This document shows positions 12,536 through 26,377 of a DNA stretch of 64,000 bases, piece by piece; position 1 is the first letter of the stretch, and every line of letters begins with the position of its first letter. Under the pieces are notes generated by a model. That model saw only the letters and a list, made by a program, of their open reading frames with translations, searched no databases and was not told where the DNA came from. The stretch covers positions 1,296,054 through 1,360,053 of the forward strand of contig NW_004457695.1 of the NCBI RefSeq assembly GCF_000203815.1. Direction: 5' to 3'. The translations under genes and the position numbers were made by a program. The DNA comes from Dictyostelium fasciculatum. Taxonomy: Eukaryota.

Positions 12536-15500
12536 ATGAATAAAGATGTTGGCCAATTAATTATGGCTAGATTAAATTATTGGTGGCCTGCAAGGGTAAA
12601 TTAATTAATTAATTAATAATATTATAATAATTATATATCAAAATAATAATAATAATAATCATTTATTTATTTATTTCCATATGTTTGTATCTAGATATGT
12701 ACTCGAGGAGAATTATTAATTCATCAAAGAGATGGTCAACCAAATAATAAATATGTTCCAGTTTTCTTTTTTGGATTTAATCAAGGGTAAATTTAAAATG
12801 AATATTAATATTGTACAATCAGACAGACAAAATGATATTTATTATATTTCTATTTCCATTATAGGATATGGATAAAAATGGATGATATTAAAGAATACAC
12901 TGTTGAAATGTCAAAAGATTTCAAGAATCAAGAGTTTCCTTATGATTGGATAAATGAACTTAAAGATGTAATTATTGGAGCAACTAAAGAAGTTGATGAA
13001 TGGAATAATCAAAGAGGAGCAGCAAGAAATAATAATGGTGGTCAAAAAAAGATTCAGAGAAGTGTACACTTTTTTGAAAGTGTTGAATTCATGGGAACTG
13101 GATATTGGAATTTAAATCGAGATTTGATTAAACAATATAATAATGAAAGACATGATCATCATAGTCATCATCGAGGAGGAGAGGAACACATGACAATATG
13201 TGATGATGAAGATGACCAATTGACAGACAACAACAACAATACATATAGTCATGCACAACATGGACAACCACTATCATCACAAGGTGACAGAATGACAATA
13301 TGCGAGGATGATGATGATGACAACAACAACGATGACAATGATAATGAAGAAGGAATGGAAGAGAAAGCAAAGGAAAAGAAATTGATGAATATCAATATTT
13401 TAAATAACAAACCTGATACATTGGCCAATGCAAGGAGAATGAGCCAAGATGATATCGAATCGTATGAGAGTGGTGGAGTTGATTCATCAGAGGTGTTGGC
13501 TCGAATGAAGAGAACTAGAAACTATCCATCATCTACTTCTGCCAAGTATAACAACAATAGCAACAGCCATCAACACCAACAACATCTACATCAACATCAA
13601 GAACTTGACAACAATAATGACGACGGAGACGATGATGTCGATAGAGATGACGACCATCCAACATTCCATCAACCTACCAAGAAACAAAAACCTACTATCC
13701 AACTGGCACGTAGAAGTTCAACTGATGACAATGGCTCCATTGAGCACTATGACAGCTTGAGAACTGGAACTGGAGCTGGAGCTGGTCAAGACCCAACAAC
13801 AACATCAACAACATCACCTCTTTTGAATTCACAAAGAAGATCTTTACTCATTAAACCTCCACCAAGATCTCCAAGTATAAATACTCCTACATCTACCAAT
13901 ACTCAACAACAACAACAACAAAGAATACCAAGACCAGTTTTAATTGCAAATAATAATAATAATAATAATATTAATAATGCACCTGTATCATCTCAACAAC
14001 AACAATCAACTATTACTTGTATTACTAGACCACCAGGATCAAGTCCGACAATTAGGTCAATTACATCACCTGTTATAGTGTCTACAACATCATCATCTTC
14101 ATCCTATCTTACACTTGGTAACAAGAGTGGTGTGACGGCCAGTTCACCCATTCTGTCGTCTAAAACACCGTCTTCTATCCTTCCAAAGAGGTCGCCTGTT
14201 TTGGGGTCGACCAATGGTAGCCGGACACCGACCATGTCAGGAGCGAGTTTGTCATCTCTTCAACCACCAGCTACAACTGGAGCAGCTGCGTCGCCATTGA
14301 TCAACCCTAAAACACCCATCACTCTATCGATACCACGTATCCAGAAAAAGACAGTTGGTCCAACACCTACTACCCCTCACACCAACAGTGTCAATTCATC
14401 GACGGGTGGTATTGTATCACCATCAATGACATCTCAACAACAAGCTGCTGCCATATCATCACCCTTTCAACTACCACAACAATATCGTAAGAATGTATTC
14501 CCATCATCTCCTTCACTTCGTATTCCAACTAATATTGGTGGAGTTGGTGGTGTTGGTGGTGTAGGAGGACTACGGTTTCCACCTTCTCCTTTAATGCCAG
14601 TTGGTCCCATGTCTGTCATGACTCCTCCTCTTCCCGGTAACCCAATGATGTCATCTCTTGCAGGAGCAGGAGGTGGGATGGGAGGGCCAATCTCTGATAG
14701 TTTACCAAAGGTGCCTGGAAGTAGTGAAGATGACGGTGGTGGTGTGACAATCATCCCTAATCCAAATCATCCAACTGGTTCATTGCCTGGAACATCGGTG
14801 AATATACCAAATACTAGTACACCGATACTGGCACAGGGGTATCCCATGGTACCGTTCTTGTCTATTCCACCATTCAGTCTAAACAACTCGGTCAATATGG
14901 AGACTGTATTCAATAGTCCGTTTAGCGGGAAACTGTCGGTTAAAGGTGGTACTGATGTCGGGTTCCACGTAGAGTGCTCGATTATGGGTAAGACATTCTC
15001 TGGGTACTTGACTGAAGCTATCATGCCGCCAAATGTTAATGGTGGTGGACTTGCACCAGGACTCCCAACACAGACATCTGTCCCACCACCACCCATCTCG
15101 GGTATGGCACCACCTCCCAAGCAGATGCACAATCCATTCCAAATACCAACTATCCCACCATCGGCAATCCAACCCAACCAACTTCGAAGTAATGATGCCA
15201 TCCCATACTATGACTACCATTTTGTTGAAACATATCGTCAATGGCAAGAAATGATGATAAAAAATCAAATGCAAAGATATCAACAACAACAACAGCAACC
15301 TGTAAACAACAACACCAACAAACCACCAACTGCTTCACATAATAATAATAATAATAATAATAATGTAAATAGTTCAACCAATTCAACTCCACAATACATC
15401 CCAAAGAGTGTACCATCAAGATCTACTAGTAGTACTACTTCATCTGTATCTGAAGACAAAGAGTCTGCCAATGAATCATCATTGGAGAAGAGTGGAGGGG

Positions 15501-16726
15501 ACATGGATTCAAAGGCTCCAAATATCGTGTTGACAGGTGGTGATTCACCAACTAGCAGCGGTAGTGGTAGTGGCTCAGTTGAAGATAACCCACAATTCCA
15601 ACACTTTAAACAAAATGCATTCCAAAAATTAGAGCAATACCAAAAACTACAAATATTAAATCTACTTGCCAAACAAGAAGAGAATATTGGTCATTTATCA
15701 GAATCGGTTGAAAAGGAGAAAGCATCAATTGAAGAGACCGCTAATGGTGACGAAAAAGAAAAAGAAAAAGAAAAAGAGAAATTGTTGGCATCACTACAAC
15801 TACGTTTTAAAGAAGAGAATGATAAACTATTTTTAATACACAAGGAAGAACGTGCTAAACTCGACTCGACTCATTCTTACCAAGCATCAAAATTCCATAG
15901 AGAGGTTGAGAAACAATGGGCACTTCAACAAGCTAAATTCCATGGACATTCTCATGGTGGTCATTCCAATTCTGGTGATGGACAATCAAAGGTTGGATCA
16001 ATACCATCTCCACTTGGGTCACCTGCTCTCACCCCTTTTATTTCACCGTCACCGTCTCCATCGCCATCGCTCTCTTCGTTTTTAGGGCATCCAGCTCACA
16101 GTCCACTCATTTCATCATTTGCATTACTTAAAAGTGGTAATAATTTTAGTCACTCTGGAAATATTAATAATAATAATAGTAATAATAGTAGTGGTAGTTC
16201 AAATCATCATCATCATAAATCATTTGCTTTAAATGGTCCTTCTTCATCATCATCAACTACTACTGCTTTGGCAGCACCAACATCTTCTACATCTACATCT
16301 ACTTTACAACAACCATCATTAAATAATAGTAATAATAGTATAAGTAATAGTAGTAGTAGTAATAGTACACCTGTAACTAATAAGGGATTGGATGAAAAAG
16401 TAAATAGTAGTAGTAATAATGGAAATGGTGAAAAGGATGATTTGGGATCATCTACATCTTCATTGAATGAAGCTCATTTACCTCCACTATCACTATCATC
16501 CAATTCTCCTCCAAGATCACCCAATTCCCAACCAGCATCTACTACATCTTCTACTACAACAACAACGACAATAGAATCAACAGAAAAATTAAGAGAAAAG
16601 GAAAAAGAATTAGAAAAAGAAAAGGAAAAAGAAATGGAAAAGGAAAAGGAAAAGGAAATAGCCATAGGTAAAGAGAGTATTAAATCATCAAATCAACCAA
16701 ATCCAACTATTTCAATAGAATCATAA
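12536..16726 (+). CDS. PWWP-domain protein with a ~1300-aa low-complexity (Ser/Thr/Pro/Asn/Gln) region and a C-terminal KEKE repeat. Exons 12536..12595, 12695..12786, 12865..16726
   Basis: The two upstream micro-exons encode MNKDVGQLIMARLNYWWPAR|ICTRGELLIHQRDGQPNNKYVPVFFFGFNQG|IWIKMDDIKEY, a PWWP-type motif (YWWPARI...VPV.FFG). Introns are GTAAAT..TCTAG and GTAAAT..TTATAG at phases 0 and 2, joining in frame with the 1282-aa track ORF. Confidence 0.75.
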
Positions 16727-17000
16727 CGATTACGTTCATTTATCCTATACCAACAAAATAAACTTTCACCTTTTTTTTTTCTACTTGATACCTACAACGT
16801 ACGCTACCTACTAAAAATACCTACCAAAAATATATTAATATATATATATTAGTATATATATACATATAGATTGTTGATTGATGAGATGAGATAGAAGGAA
16901 ATAAATGGTGTACTTACCTAAAAAGATATCTCTTGTTCAAGAGGAGGAGGAGGGATGACACTTACTCTCCATTCTCCAAATGAAAGGTTGAATTTAATGA

Positions 17001-17309
17001 TTACAAAAGTGATTGAAACAACCAGTCATGTGGTAAATGGAGAGTATCAGCTAGGTTACGGCGACAACTTCTTTGGTACTGCTCTGTAGAGCCAAGAGTC
17101 AAACATTGGATGGGAGCATTCTCAATCCAAAGATCTACCAAGTTGCTTTCCATTCCCATGTATAGCAATGGAAAGTTCTTTACGAATGCGTCGACTTTGG
17201 CCTCGTCATTTTCGGTGCACGATAACTCAGCGATGCTTGCACGTTCCATGTTTTCCAACGAACTTCCAGTTGGCATGATCGTGAGATCTCTCTTTACCAT
17301 TTTAATCAT
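17001..17309 (-). CDS. Small hypothetical protein (102 aa)
   Basis: ATG-initiated ORF with non-repetitive composition on the strand opposite its neighbours. No recognisable family; it could be a single-exon gene or a chance ORF. Confidence 0.35.
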   Translation of the reverse strand: MIKMVKRDLTIMPTGSSLENMERASIAELSCTENDEAKVDAFVKNFPLLYMGMESNLVDLWIENAPIQCLTLGSTEQYQRSCRRNLADTLHLPHDWLFQSLL

Positions 17310-18091
17310 TTGGTTTTAGTTGATGAATCTAATCTTTTTGACATTCTCTGCATCCAGAGATAAAAGTCTCTATTCCGTTTCCGGATCATAGTTGCGTTCA
17401 GATTCCTCTTTAGGTTCGACGACCTTTGACCTTTTCGTCACTTTTGATGTCTGGTTATCGAGAATAGTGCTCTTTCTAGGTTTTGGTTGTTCGGTTCTGC
17501 TCTCTCTCGAGACTTCTCCTTTTCTCGTCGTTGGCCTCACCGATTTCGAGATCTTTGGAGGATTGTTTAGGTGATTTGATAGATGATTTCGTCATTTTTA
17601 AATTAAATAATAGGCTTTATGTAATTATTTCAATTTATAACAATATTTAGAACTTTTATTTTAAATGTTTTAGTTTTTAAAGTAAAATGTAATAAAATGT
17701 TTAATGTTCTTATCTATCTAATCTAAATCTAATCCTTTTGTTTGTATATAAATACACTCTCTTGGTGAATTTGATTATTTATATATATGTACGCTTGAAA
17801 ATCTACCATGATGTAAATTAACAAGTGACTATAAATATGAATAAATGAATGATAGTGATATGAGACTTGCATGAGAGTGCCTAATATTATGATCGTGATG
17901 GAATGAACTACTTTATTTATTTTAATTGTTTTCGTTTTTGTTCTTCCAAGGCAAATGAGATGGAATTTATGCTTGTATCGATTGTAGTATGACTTAAAAT
18001 CTAGGAGATGTAACTTCAACCAAAATTCTTGTACAGCACCCAAAAGTATAAGACAACCATTTGAATCATTTACATACATTATAAAGGCAGC

Positions 18092-18691
18092 CTAGAATTG
18101 TTTGATAATCTTTAAATTTGAATTATTTTTTTGGATGCAACCAATATCACATGCATCAATCTTTAGAGCCAATGTTTTAGGTTTGACTGGATAAACCAAA
18201 CAAATTGTTGTAGAACTATGACCAGGACAGGAAGGGATAATGAATACTTGATCCATGGAATCATCTAGAAAAACTTTTGTTCCAATCGATGCAGCATTTG
18301 TACATCCTAATAATGAGCACTGAGAATTACCTATTTCCTCTTTAATTTTTTAGTTAATAAAACTTTTGATCCAATTTAACAAATAGATAGAATATGAACC
18401 ATAACTATAATTCTTCTAATAGTATTCCATACCTGTATTAATATTATATTTTACTCTAAAAAAGCTTGCGCTTAGACTCCATTGACTAAAGTAATTTCTA
18501 TAACTATCTTTACATCCTTTTTTACAATTTTGACAACATTTATCTACATATCCTGCTAAAATGGTGTATGGACTGATAATGGTTCTGACTGAAGCATATT
18601 GATCGAGTGGACTATAAAATAAATCACAACTCTTCCAATTCTTTAATGTAACTGGTATTTTAGTAAAAACTTGACACTCTACTTTATTCAT
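18092..18691 (-). CDS. Hypothetical Cys-rich protein (~165 aa). Exons 18433..18691 and 18092..18330, intron 18331..18432
   Basis: The track ORF 18416..18691 ends ...NINTGMEYY*, but a GTATGG donor lies at ACA G|GTATGG and an AATAG acceptor 100 nt downstream restores the same frame through the next 78 codons (...TG|GNSQCSLLGCTNAASIGTKVFLDDSMDQVFIIPSCPGHSSTTICLVYPVKPK...CDIGCIQ...*). Many Cys residues in both exons. Confidence 0.5.
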
Positions 18692-18934
18692 ATCTATTTA
18701 ATATTTCACATACACTCACAAAAGTAAAATATTAATGTATGGGGATTGATTGGTGTTTTACTCAAAATATTGAAAAAAAAAACAAAAAAGAAGTTCAAGT
18801 CTTTGACCTTTTGTTTGGATTGATCATCTCATCGCGTATAGTAGATTTTAGTGTTATATTTATATAGATATATATATATTTGAAGTACTTCGACTTTTGT
18901 TTAAAAGGTTGTTGTTGTTTGTTGTTGTATAATA

Positions 18935-20377
18935 ATGTTTGTATCAAAGCTTAAAAACTTTGATGCCTATCCAAAGACTGCTGATGACTTTAACATCAAG
19001 ACTTATTCTGGTGCTATAGGTATAGTATTAGTATCACAAGAGATAAGAGATTGAGATATGCATGTATTAACACTTTTAATTCAAATATCTATCTATCTAT
19101 CTATACGTGTATAGTTTCAATCATCAGTGGTATCTTTATATTATGGTTATTCTTTTCACAGGTTACTATTTATATGACTACAGAAACACATCATGAATTG
19201 TTTGTAGATACAACTAGAGGTGAAAAGTTAAGAATCAACATGGATGTTGTATTCCATCATTTACCATGTGCATGTATGTACAAAAGATTGAAGTTGAATT
19301 GAATAGAATAGAATCAATAGAATCAATAGAATGAATCAATGATGGTAATCAAGAACAAAGAAATATTAATCAAATATCAAATACTTCTAGTCCTTTCATT
19401 AGATGCAATGGATGTATCAGGAGATCATCAATTTGATGTAGCTCACAACATATTTAAAAAGAGATTATCGCCAACTGGTATGCCAATTGCCGATGCATCT
19501 CCGCAGCGAGAAGATACGATAAACAAGCGAGTACCAGCTGGCAACGAAAACGACAAGGTTGATTGTGGCAGTTGTTATGGTGCTGAAGATCCATCAAGAG
19601 GTATTAGTTGTTGTAGTACATGCGAAGAAGTTAGAACTGCCTATCAAAAGAAAGGTTGGTCTATTCAAGAATATTCTGGTATTGCTCAAGTATGTTGAAA
19701 TAAGATTTAAATAGTATAATATGTATGGTTTACTAATCTATTTGTTTGTCTATTTATTTGCGTTTTAGTGTGTAAGAGAAGGATTTACAAAGAATATAGT
19801 TGAACAAAATGGAGAAGGATGTCAAGTATATGGATTTATTAATGTGAACAAGGTGGCAGGTAATTTCCACTTTGCTCCAGGAAAGAGTTTCCAACAACAT
19901 CATATGCACGTCCATGATTTACAAGCGTTCAAGGGATCGTTTAATCTTAGCCATTCTATCAATCGTTTGTCGTTTGGCAATGATTTCCCAGGTATCAAGA
20001 ATCCATTGGATGGTGTTACAAAGACCGAGATGGTTGGTAGTGGCATGTTCCAATACTATATCAAGGTGGTACCAACACTCTACGAAGGACTCAATGGCAA
20101 CAGAATCAGCACCAACCAATTCTCAGTGACAGAACACTACCGTCTCTTGGCTAAAAAGGATGAGGAGCCATCTGGACTTCCAGGACTCTTCTTTATGTAC
20201 GATTTATCACCTATTATGATGAAGGTTTCCGAACAAGGTAAATCATTTGCCTCCTTCCTCACAAGTGTCTGTGCCATTGTTGGTGGTGTCTTTACGGTTG
20301 CTGGTATTCTAGATTCCATGATTTACAAAACTACAAAAAATCTAAAGAAAAAGATTGATCTTGGAAAAAATACATAA
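18935..20377 (+). CDS. ERGIC3/Erv46-family ER-Golgi intermediate-compartment cargo receptor. Exons 18935..19019, 19115..19273, 19391..19689, 19769..20377
   Basis: Strong colinearity with ERGIC3: MFVSKLKNFDAYPKTADDFNIKT..., ...ELFVDTTRGEKLRINMDVVFHHLPCA|F|LSLDAMDVSGDHQFDVAHNIFKKRL..., CGSCYGAE...CCSTCEEVRTAYQKKGW, CVREGF...GCQVYGFINVNKVAGNFHFAPGKSFQQHHMHVHDLQAF...PGLFFMYDLSPIMMKV...SFLTSVCAIVGGVFTVAGILDSMIY. Three introns (GTATAG, GTATGT, GTATGT donors) fit the phases needed to connect the four track ORFs. Confidence 0.9.
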
Positions 20378-20497
20378 ATCATATAGAATAAATGAATAAT
20401 AAGAATAATAATAATAAGAATAGAATAGAATAATAAATAAATAACAAATAATTTAATTTAAATACAAATAATAATATTTCTTTTTCTTTTTAATTTA

Positions 20498-22138
20498 TTA
20501 AAAAGTATAACTCTTTCTAATAACTAATTTAGGATTATTTAATCCATTGTTAAATGTCATATTGAATTTATCGGCAATCTTTGATTCTCCTTGGTCAGAG
20601 AATTGATTGTTGATATTGTTGGCATGGACAAATTCATCGGAGTTGGAGTCTGGAAGGAATTGGAATTGCTTGATGGAGCAATAGTGCATAGAGGGGTGGG
20701 CTGAAACTACATTTAAAAGGTTGGAAAAGGTAGGTTGATCGAAAAGAGCTTTGGATGCGACTTCATTCTCCTCGGGTGGAGTCGAGATGAGCGATACAGA
20801 GTAGATGGATTGATTGGATTGAATAAATTGGGTCAATAATTGAATTAATTCATTGGTGACATTGAATTCATTGCCCAAACGAATATGTAGGTTTTTAAGA
20901 GTTGGAGAAAGTTTTGCAGAGTTGTCCAATAATAGTCTCTCTAAAACCAACATATGATCCAATGTTGTATTATTTAATTTCATCAAGATTCTATCCATGA
21001 CTGTTGCCATCTTTGAATCTATATGGACTAGTAATGTGTCAATATTGGAGTGTAGGGGGACGGTTGGACCGGGTGCAGTAAATGGACGATCGAAAACAAT
21101 ATTCCATTTGGTTATATTGGTTTGTGTTTTGAGTAGGTTGAATACTTCTGGTCTTGCAAGTAAGGCGGTTGAGCTAAGATCGGTGAGTGATGGGATGGTG
21201 GGGATACAGTCGACAAACAAGGTGTGTTCGGCCACTGTCTTTAAATTGACACGAATTGACTTTAGGTTGCTTTCGGCGAGATATTGGAATGGGATAGAAT
21301 CGGAGGATGTGTCACTACGACCATTGTAGGTTGCCAAAAAGAGTGACTCGACGTGACGTGGGAGTGCACGGAATATTCTTTGATAGTGTGATGCATTGAC
21401 ATCCTTTTTAACAGAGATACCCAAATGCTTGACTTGCTTGAGCATCTGCATAATGTACAGGAATCCCGACAACCGGTCAACCGACAGATAAAAGTCGAGA
21501 CTCTGTACATTGTGGAATAGTTGGTGGAATGGCATAGGCAAATCCAAGCGAACTTGACCGTCATCATCAACAATAAGGTCGGGTTGGAAATAAACCTTGT
21601 TGAGTGACAACTCGGTGATGGTCGACAATGAAGAATCCAATTTCTTCTTCTCGTAAATATCCTTTAACAATGCCATCGTAATTGATTGGTTAGATGCAGG
21701 ACTAATATCAACTACTCCTCCAATTGATATAGATCGCAGTGTCGAGTATATCTGTTTGTTTGTCCAATCAGATACAGGTGGTTTGGTAGATGACTGCTGT
21801 TGCACAGTCGATGCTCCATCCAAAGAGGATGAAAAATAACTATTCAAAGATTCGTTATAATCCAAATGAGCAATACACTTTAATAGACAATATCTACTTT
21901 CCAAATGTCTACGAAACTCTCTATCATAGTTGATGTAGAGTGATGGAATGAAAAAGTGGTTGGTCAAATGACTGCATCTATCAAACCACCGCCAACACAC
22001 CAATGCCAATTGTACTCTTGATTTGGCAGAATTTACATGTCTATCCATCCATTTTGTCGTCCAAAAATATTCAATAATCTGTTGTTGAATGATCCATGGT
22101 AATATTATTATTGATTTTGATAATGTTGGTTCTTTCAT
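20498..22138 (-). CDS. Hypothetical protein with an N-terminal F-box-like motif (546 aa), single exon
   Basis: Long uninterrupted ATG ORF. The N-terminus IIILPWIIQQQIIEYFWT resembles an F-box (LPxEIxxxIF); the remainder has Leu-rich repetitive character. Family assignment is weak. Confidence 0.55.
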   Translation of the reverse strand: MKEPTLSKSIIILPWIIQQQIIEYFWTTKWMDRHVNSAKSRVQLALVCWRWFDRCSHLTNHFFIPSLYINYDREFRRHLESRYCLLKCIAHLDYNESLNSYFSSSLDGASTVQQQSSTKPPVSDWTNKQIYSTLRSISIGGVVDISPASNQSITMALLKDIYEKKKLDSSLSTITELSLNKVYFQPDLIVDDDGQVRLDLPMPFHQLFHNVQSLDFYLSVDRLSGFLYIMQMLKQVKHLGISVKKDVNASHYQRIFRALPRHVESLFLATYNGRSDTSSDSIPFQYLAESNLKSIRVNLKTVAEHTLFVDCIPTIPSLTDLSSTALLARPEVFNLLKTQTNITKWNIVFDRPFTAPGPTVPLHSNIDTLLVHIDSKMATVMDRILMKLNNTTLDHMLVLERLLLDNSAKLSPTLKNLHIRLGNEFNVTNELIQLLTQFIQSNQSIYSVSLISTPPEENEVASKALFDQPTFSNLLNVVSAHPSMHYCSIKQFQFLPDSNSDEFVHANNINNQFSDQGESKIADKFNMTFNNGLNNPKLVIRKSYTF

Positions 22139-23777
22139 TAATAAAAATAAATAAATAAATAATAAATTAAATATATATATATCTCTCTCTCTCTCTAAAA
22201 GAATATTATAACTATATCTATTAATTAAAAATAAATGTTTTAATATTAATAAAAGTTTAAAAATAGGATCCTTTTTCCTCGTCCTAACTATAAATCCTAC
22301 CTTTTAACAAATAATAAATCGGAATGAATGAGAAAACATTACATTATACATTTTCATATTTACAAATATTTGTACCTGTCCACAGTAGTTAGTCGGTCAG
22401 TACCATACCTGTTTCATTGTAGATTCTAAAGAGTAGTATTGAAATCCTGATTGGAATCGGCAACCACCACTATGAAACACTATTTTCACCCATCCCCCTC
22501 CACACACCAATACTACTCGTTTCGAATTCAATTCCAACAACACGATATGAGTATATATCATATAAATAGTAGGGGGGTGGGATATGTTTTTCAACGTACG
22601 GTAATAATAACCAAACAACCAATATTGTGCGCATTCCTAGTGCTATCACTGTATACAATTCTATTCTATACTATTTATCTTTAATTTTTCATACGATGGT
22701 TGTTTGGTTTCATAGTGTTGGTTGTTTGGTTTGTTGTTGTTGTTGTTGTTGTTGTTATTTGCCAAATATAGATTAAATTGATAATCCTATCTCTATCGTG
22801 ATGATCAGGGAGAGACAACCAAACGTTAGGTTTAACTAAAAGGTGTAGGGATGAATCTTGAACAATCGCATGCATGCAACTATATAGCTCTAAGATAGAT
22901 AGTGACTTGCCCAATCTTTTATCTTTATCCTTTGTCTCTCCACACCACAAACTTGTCGGTTTAATAAAATAATTCTATTTATATCTATTCATATGTTAGT
23001 CTATAGTCTATAGTAGTTAGAGTGAACTCCTTGATTCGATAGATAGATAAATAGATAAAAGTAAAACAAATAAAAGTATGTACTATTATTTATTTGTCTA
23101 TTCAGTGCTTGTGAACGAACCATCGAGATTTGATTTTTTTCAAAGATCTCCACTCCACATCTCCTTGAGCCCAAACAACCTAACCCCATTCTCATTCTGT
23201 ATCATCGTTGATCGTTTCATTCCCATTCAATACTTTTATTACTTGAAACTTCATAGAGTAGAAAGTAGAGAGGAAATAGGAACCGAGAAGAGAGAAACGA
23301 GAAAAGAAGACAGACGAGCTTTTTGACACACTCTTTTTACTCTATAGTCCAATAATCTCTATTGTTTGTTTGTTTGTGTGTGTGTTGTATACTTACTCAT
23401 ACTCACTTACTCTTTACTTTTACAACTACTGTATTATTATTATTATCACCCTCCTCCTCTCCAACTCACACACACTCACAACACACCACAACCATCAACA
23501 TAACAATCTCATCATCGTGCATACACGCGCGCATATCGATAATATATCTAATAGCCATCTCACTTGCTTAATTCAGATCACAAAGAGTGAACACCACCAA
23601 GCCATATTATTATATTATTATTATCACTATCGCTTTGTTGTTTTATATATATATTTATATTCACACACAGACAAAGTTCACTCTATCACAAATCAAATCA
23701 AATCCAACCAATAGGAAAATTATTTATTATTCATATCCTGTCTTGATAGATAGAGAGATATAATTAATTGGTAACAA

Positions 23778-26034
23778 ATGTCATCACCTGCTAGAACAAG
23801 AGCATTATCAGTATCATCTGATAAAGCTAGAAATGGAAATCTAAAAGATGTGGAAAACTATTACAAAAATATTAAAAAGAATTTAATCGATTTCCAATAT
23901 GAATTTACTGTAAACTTAAAGAAAAAGGATAAAACTAGACAATTATTATATAATTTAAAAGAAAATACTATTCAAATTTTCAAGTATGTAAAAGAAATAA
24001 TATTAATAATAATAATAATAATAATATTTCCAACAATTATTAATTTTATTTTTATTTTTTAGATTATCAAAAAAAGGAAATAAGAAGAGTAAATTAAAAA
24101 AATATCAAATGGATGATTTTGAAAGAATATGTAAAGATAGATCGGATAACAAATTATTGATACTCACTAAAAAAGGTGGAAAAAAGGAATTATTGTTATC
24201 ATTTTTAAATCCAGAACGACGTGAATCGCTGTATGAATTGCTATGGTTGTCAAGAGGTGATAGAACAAAGACAGTCCCGAGCAAAGAGGAAAAGGCACCA
24301 TTCGATAAAATTTCATTATTTATAACGACTTGGAATGTTGGTGATGCACAACCATCGGCCGAACAATTACATCATTGGATACCAAACAAAAATCAACATG
24401 ATATCTATGTTATTGGTGTTCAAGAATGTGATTATCAACCCTCATTTAGTAGTAGTAGCAGTAATAGTAGTAGTAGTAGTAGCAGTAACGCTACTAGTAC
24501 AACTGGTAGTTCAAATCCATCATCATCATCATCAACACCAATATCAACATCACCACCATCAACACCACCAATCACTGTAAAATCACATACACCACCTTCA
24601 TCATCTGGATCACAAACTGATTGTGCCGAACATTGGTTTCAGATGTTATCCAATCATCTTGGTCACAATTATTTTAAATTGCAATCGATTAGTTTGGTCA
24701 AGATGCGTCTGGTGGTATTTGTCAAAAAGGAGCATTATTACAAGATCAATCATATCGAACGTGAAAGCGAGGCCACCGGTGTTGCTGGCATATACGGCAA
24801 CAAAGGTGCAACCGCCATTTCATTTAAATTCCTAGAATCATCCTTCCTCTTTATCAACAGCCATTTTGCAGCACACCAAGAAAAGATTGAACAAAGAAAT
24901 CAAAACTACCGAGACATTATCAAAGGTCTAAACATGGGATCGAAATCAAAGACTGACATTTTAAATCAATTCCATCATGTATTTTGGATGGGTGATTTCA
25001 ACTATCGTATCGACCTCTTTCGTGAAGAGACACTTGTCGCTATCCAATCGAAAAACCTAGGTAAACTAGTTGGAAACGACCAACTTGGACGCCAAAAACT
25101 TAGCGAACGTGTGTTTGTTGGATTTAGAGAACCACCCATTAAATTTATGCCAACCTACAAGATGGAACGTAATACAGTCGGAGTGTACACAACAGAAAAG
25201 AGTAGAGTGCCATCATACTGTGACAGAATCCTCTACAAACCACTACCATGTGCGCCAATGACATCGTGCACACAATACGACTCTGCTACGACCGTCACCA
25301 CCTCTGACCACAATCCAGTGTTTGCAGTCTATGAAACCTATGTTCAAAGACCGTGTCTCCCAACCCAACGAAATCAATCCAAATGTACCATTGAACTGTT
25401 GGATGTAGGTGCACTACAACTCGACCTCGATGAGAATGGCGCTCCACCCGACCCTTATCTCTTTTTCCATCCCTCAACATTTTTAACAAGTCCCGTTGAA
25501 ACGGCTCATGCCTCGGCAAGTCGATGCCCAGTATGGGGTGATCTCCCACCTCTAGTTCCATGTATTTATAAGAAATCATTCCTTGAAAACCAACATCTAC
25601 TCATCTCTGTGTTGGACTATAGAGAATCACCACCACGTAAAATAGGGTATGCCTCTATACCTCTTATGCTTGGATTTACCAAAGAGCCATACTCTTTTCA
25701 AACAAGAATCACCAAATATGGTGTCAGTTCTGGTATTCTATATGGCAAAATCCATATCATATCAGAAGATGAACAACAACAATTACTTTACAATGTAAAT
25801 CAATTTCCAACTACTACTACTACCAGTAGTACTATTCCTACTACACCTTCAACTGCAACAAGTACAACAGTGGCTTCAACCTCTACAACTACAACTTCAA
25901 CTGCTACAACCGAATCTAATCAACCAATTGTAACTTATAATTCTAATAATCCAAATCAAAATAATCAAAATAATAATAATGGAATCGATCCATCAAAACA
26001 ATTACATCGTAGATCAACAAGAAAAAGTATCTAA
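23778..26034 (+). CDS. Inositol polyphosphate 5-phosphatase (INPP5 catalytic domain). Exons 23778..23983 and 24063..26034
   Basis: Catalytic motifs WNVGDAQP, YVIGVQE, FVFWMGDFNYRIDL, PSYCDRILYK, SDHNPVFAVY. Exon 1 ends ...QIF + AA, then a GTATGT..TTTTAG intron (23984..24062) joins in frame to LSKKGNKKSKLKKYQMDDFE.... C-terminal ~200 aa followed by a Thr/Ser-rich tail. Confidence 0.9.
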
Positions 26035-26377
26035 ACAGAATAAAAAGAAAAGAGTACTCATATAATTGTACAATACAATGAATATTTATTTATTTATTTA
26101 AAGAATACAAACAAAGACTAAAGTTATTTTTTGGTTGAGTAGATGGTCTTTGTACAAAAAAATTATTTATTTTTCTTATTATTATTATTAATTGTTGTTA
26201 ATGATGAAAAAAAAAAGGTGTTGTTGTTGTAATAATATAGTATTTAAAACAAATAAACTATATTATTTAAAATGTAAGAAAAAAGGTATATAGAGGTGAT
26301 TTTTTTAAAAAAAATCGTAGTAATTTTCGACTCGAGAGTTTGGTATACCAAGAGACACTCTTCTTTTGCAGGGTCGT

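Noticed and set aside
17392-17590. Short ORFs around 17392..17590 on both strands upstream of the 17001..17309 ORF
   Set aside because: I tried to extend the 102-aa gene with an upstream exon (MTKSSIKSPKQSSKDLEIGEANDEKRR...), but no GT/AG pair gives a consistent frame; left unannotated.
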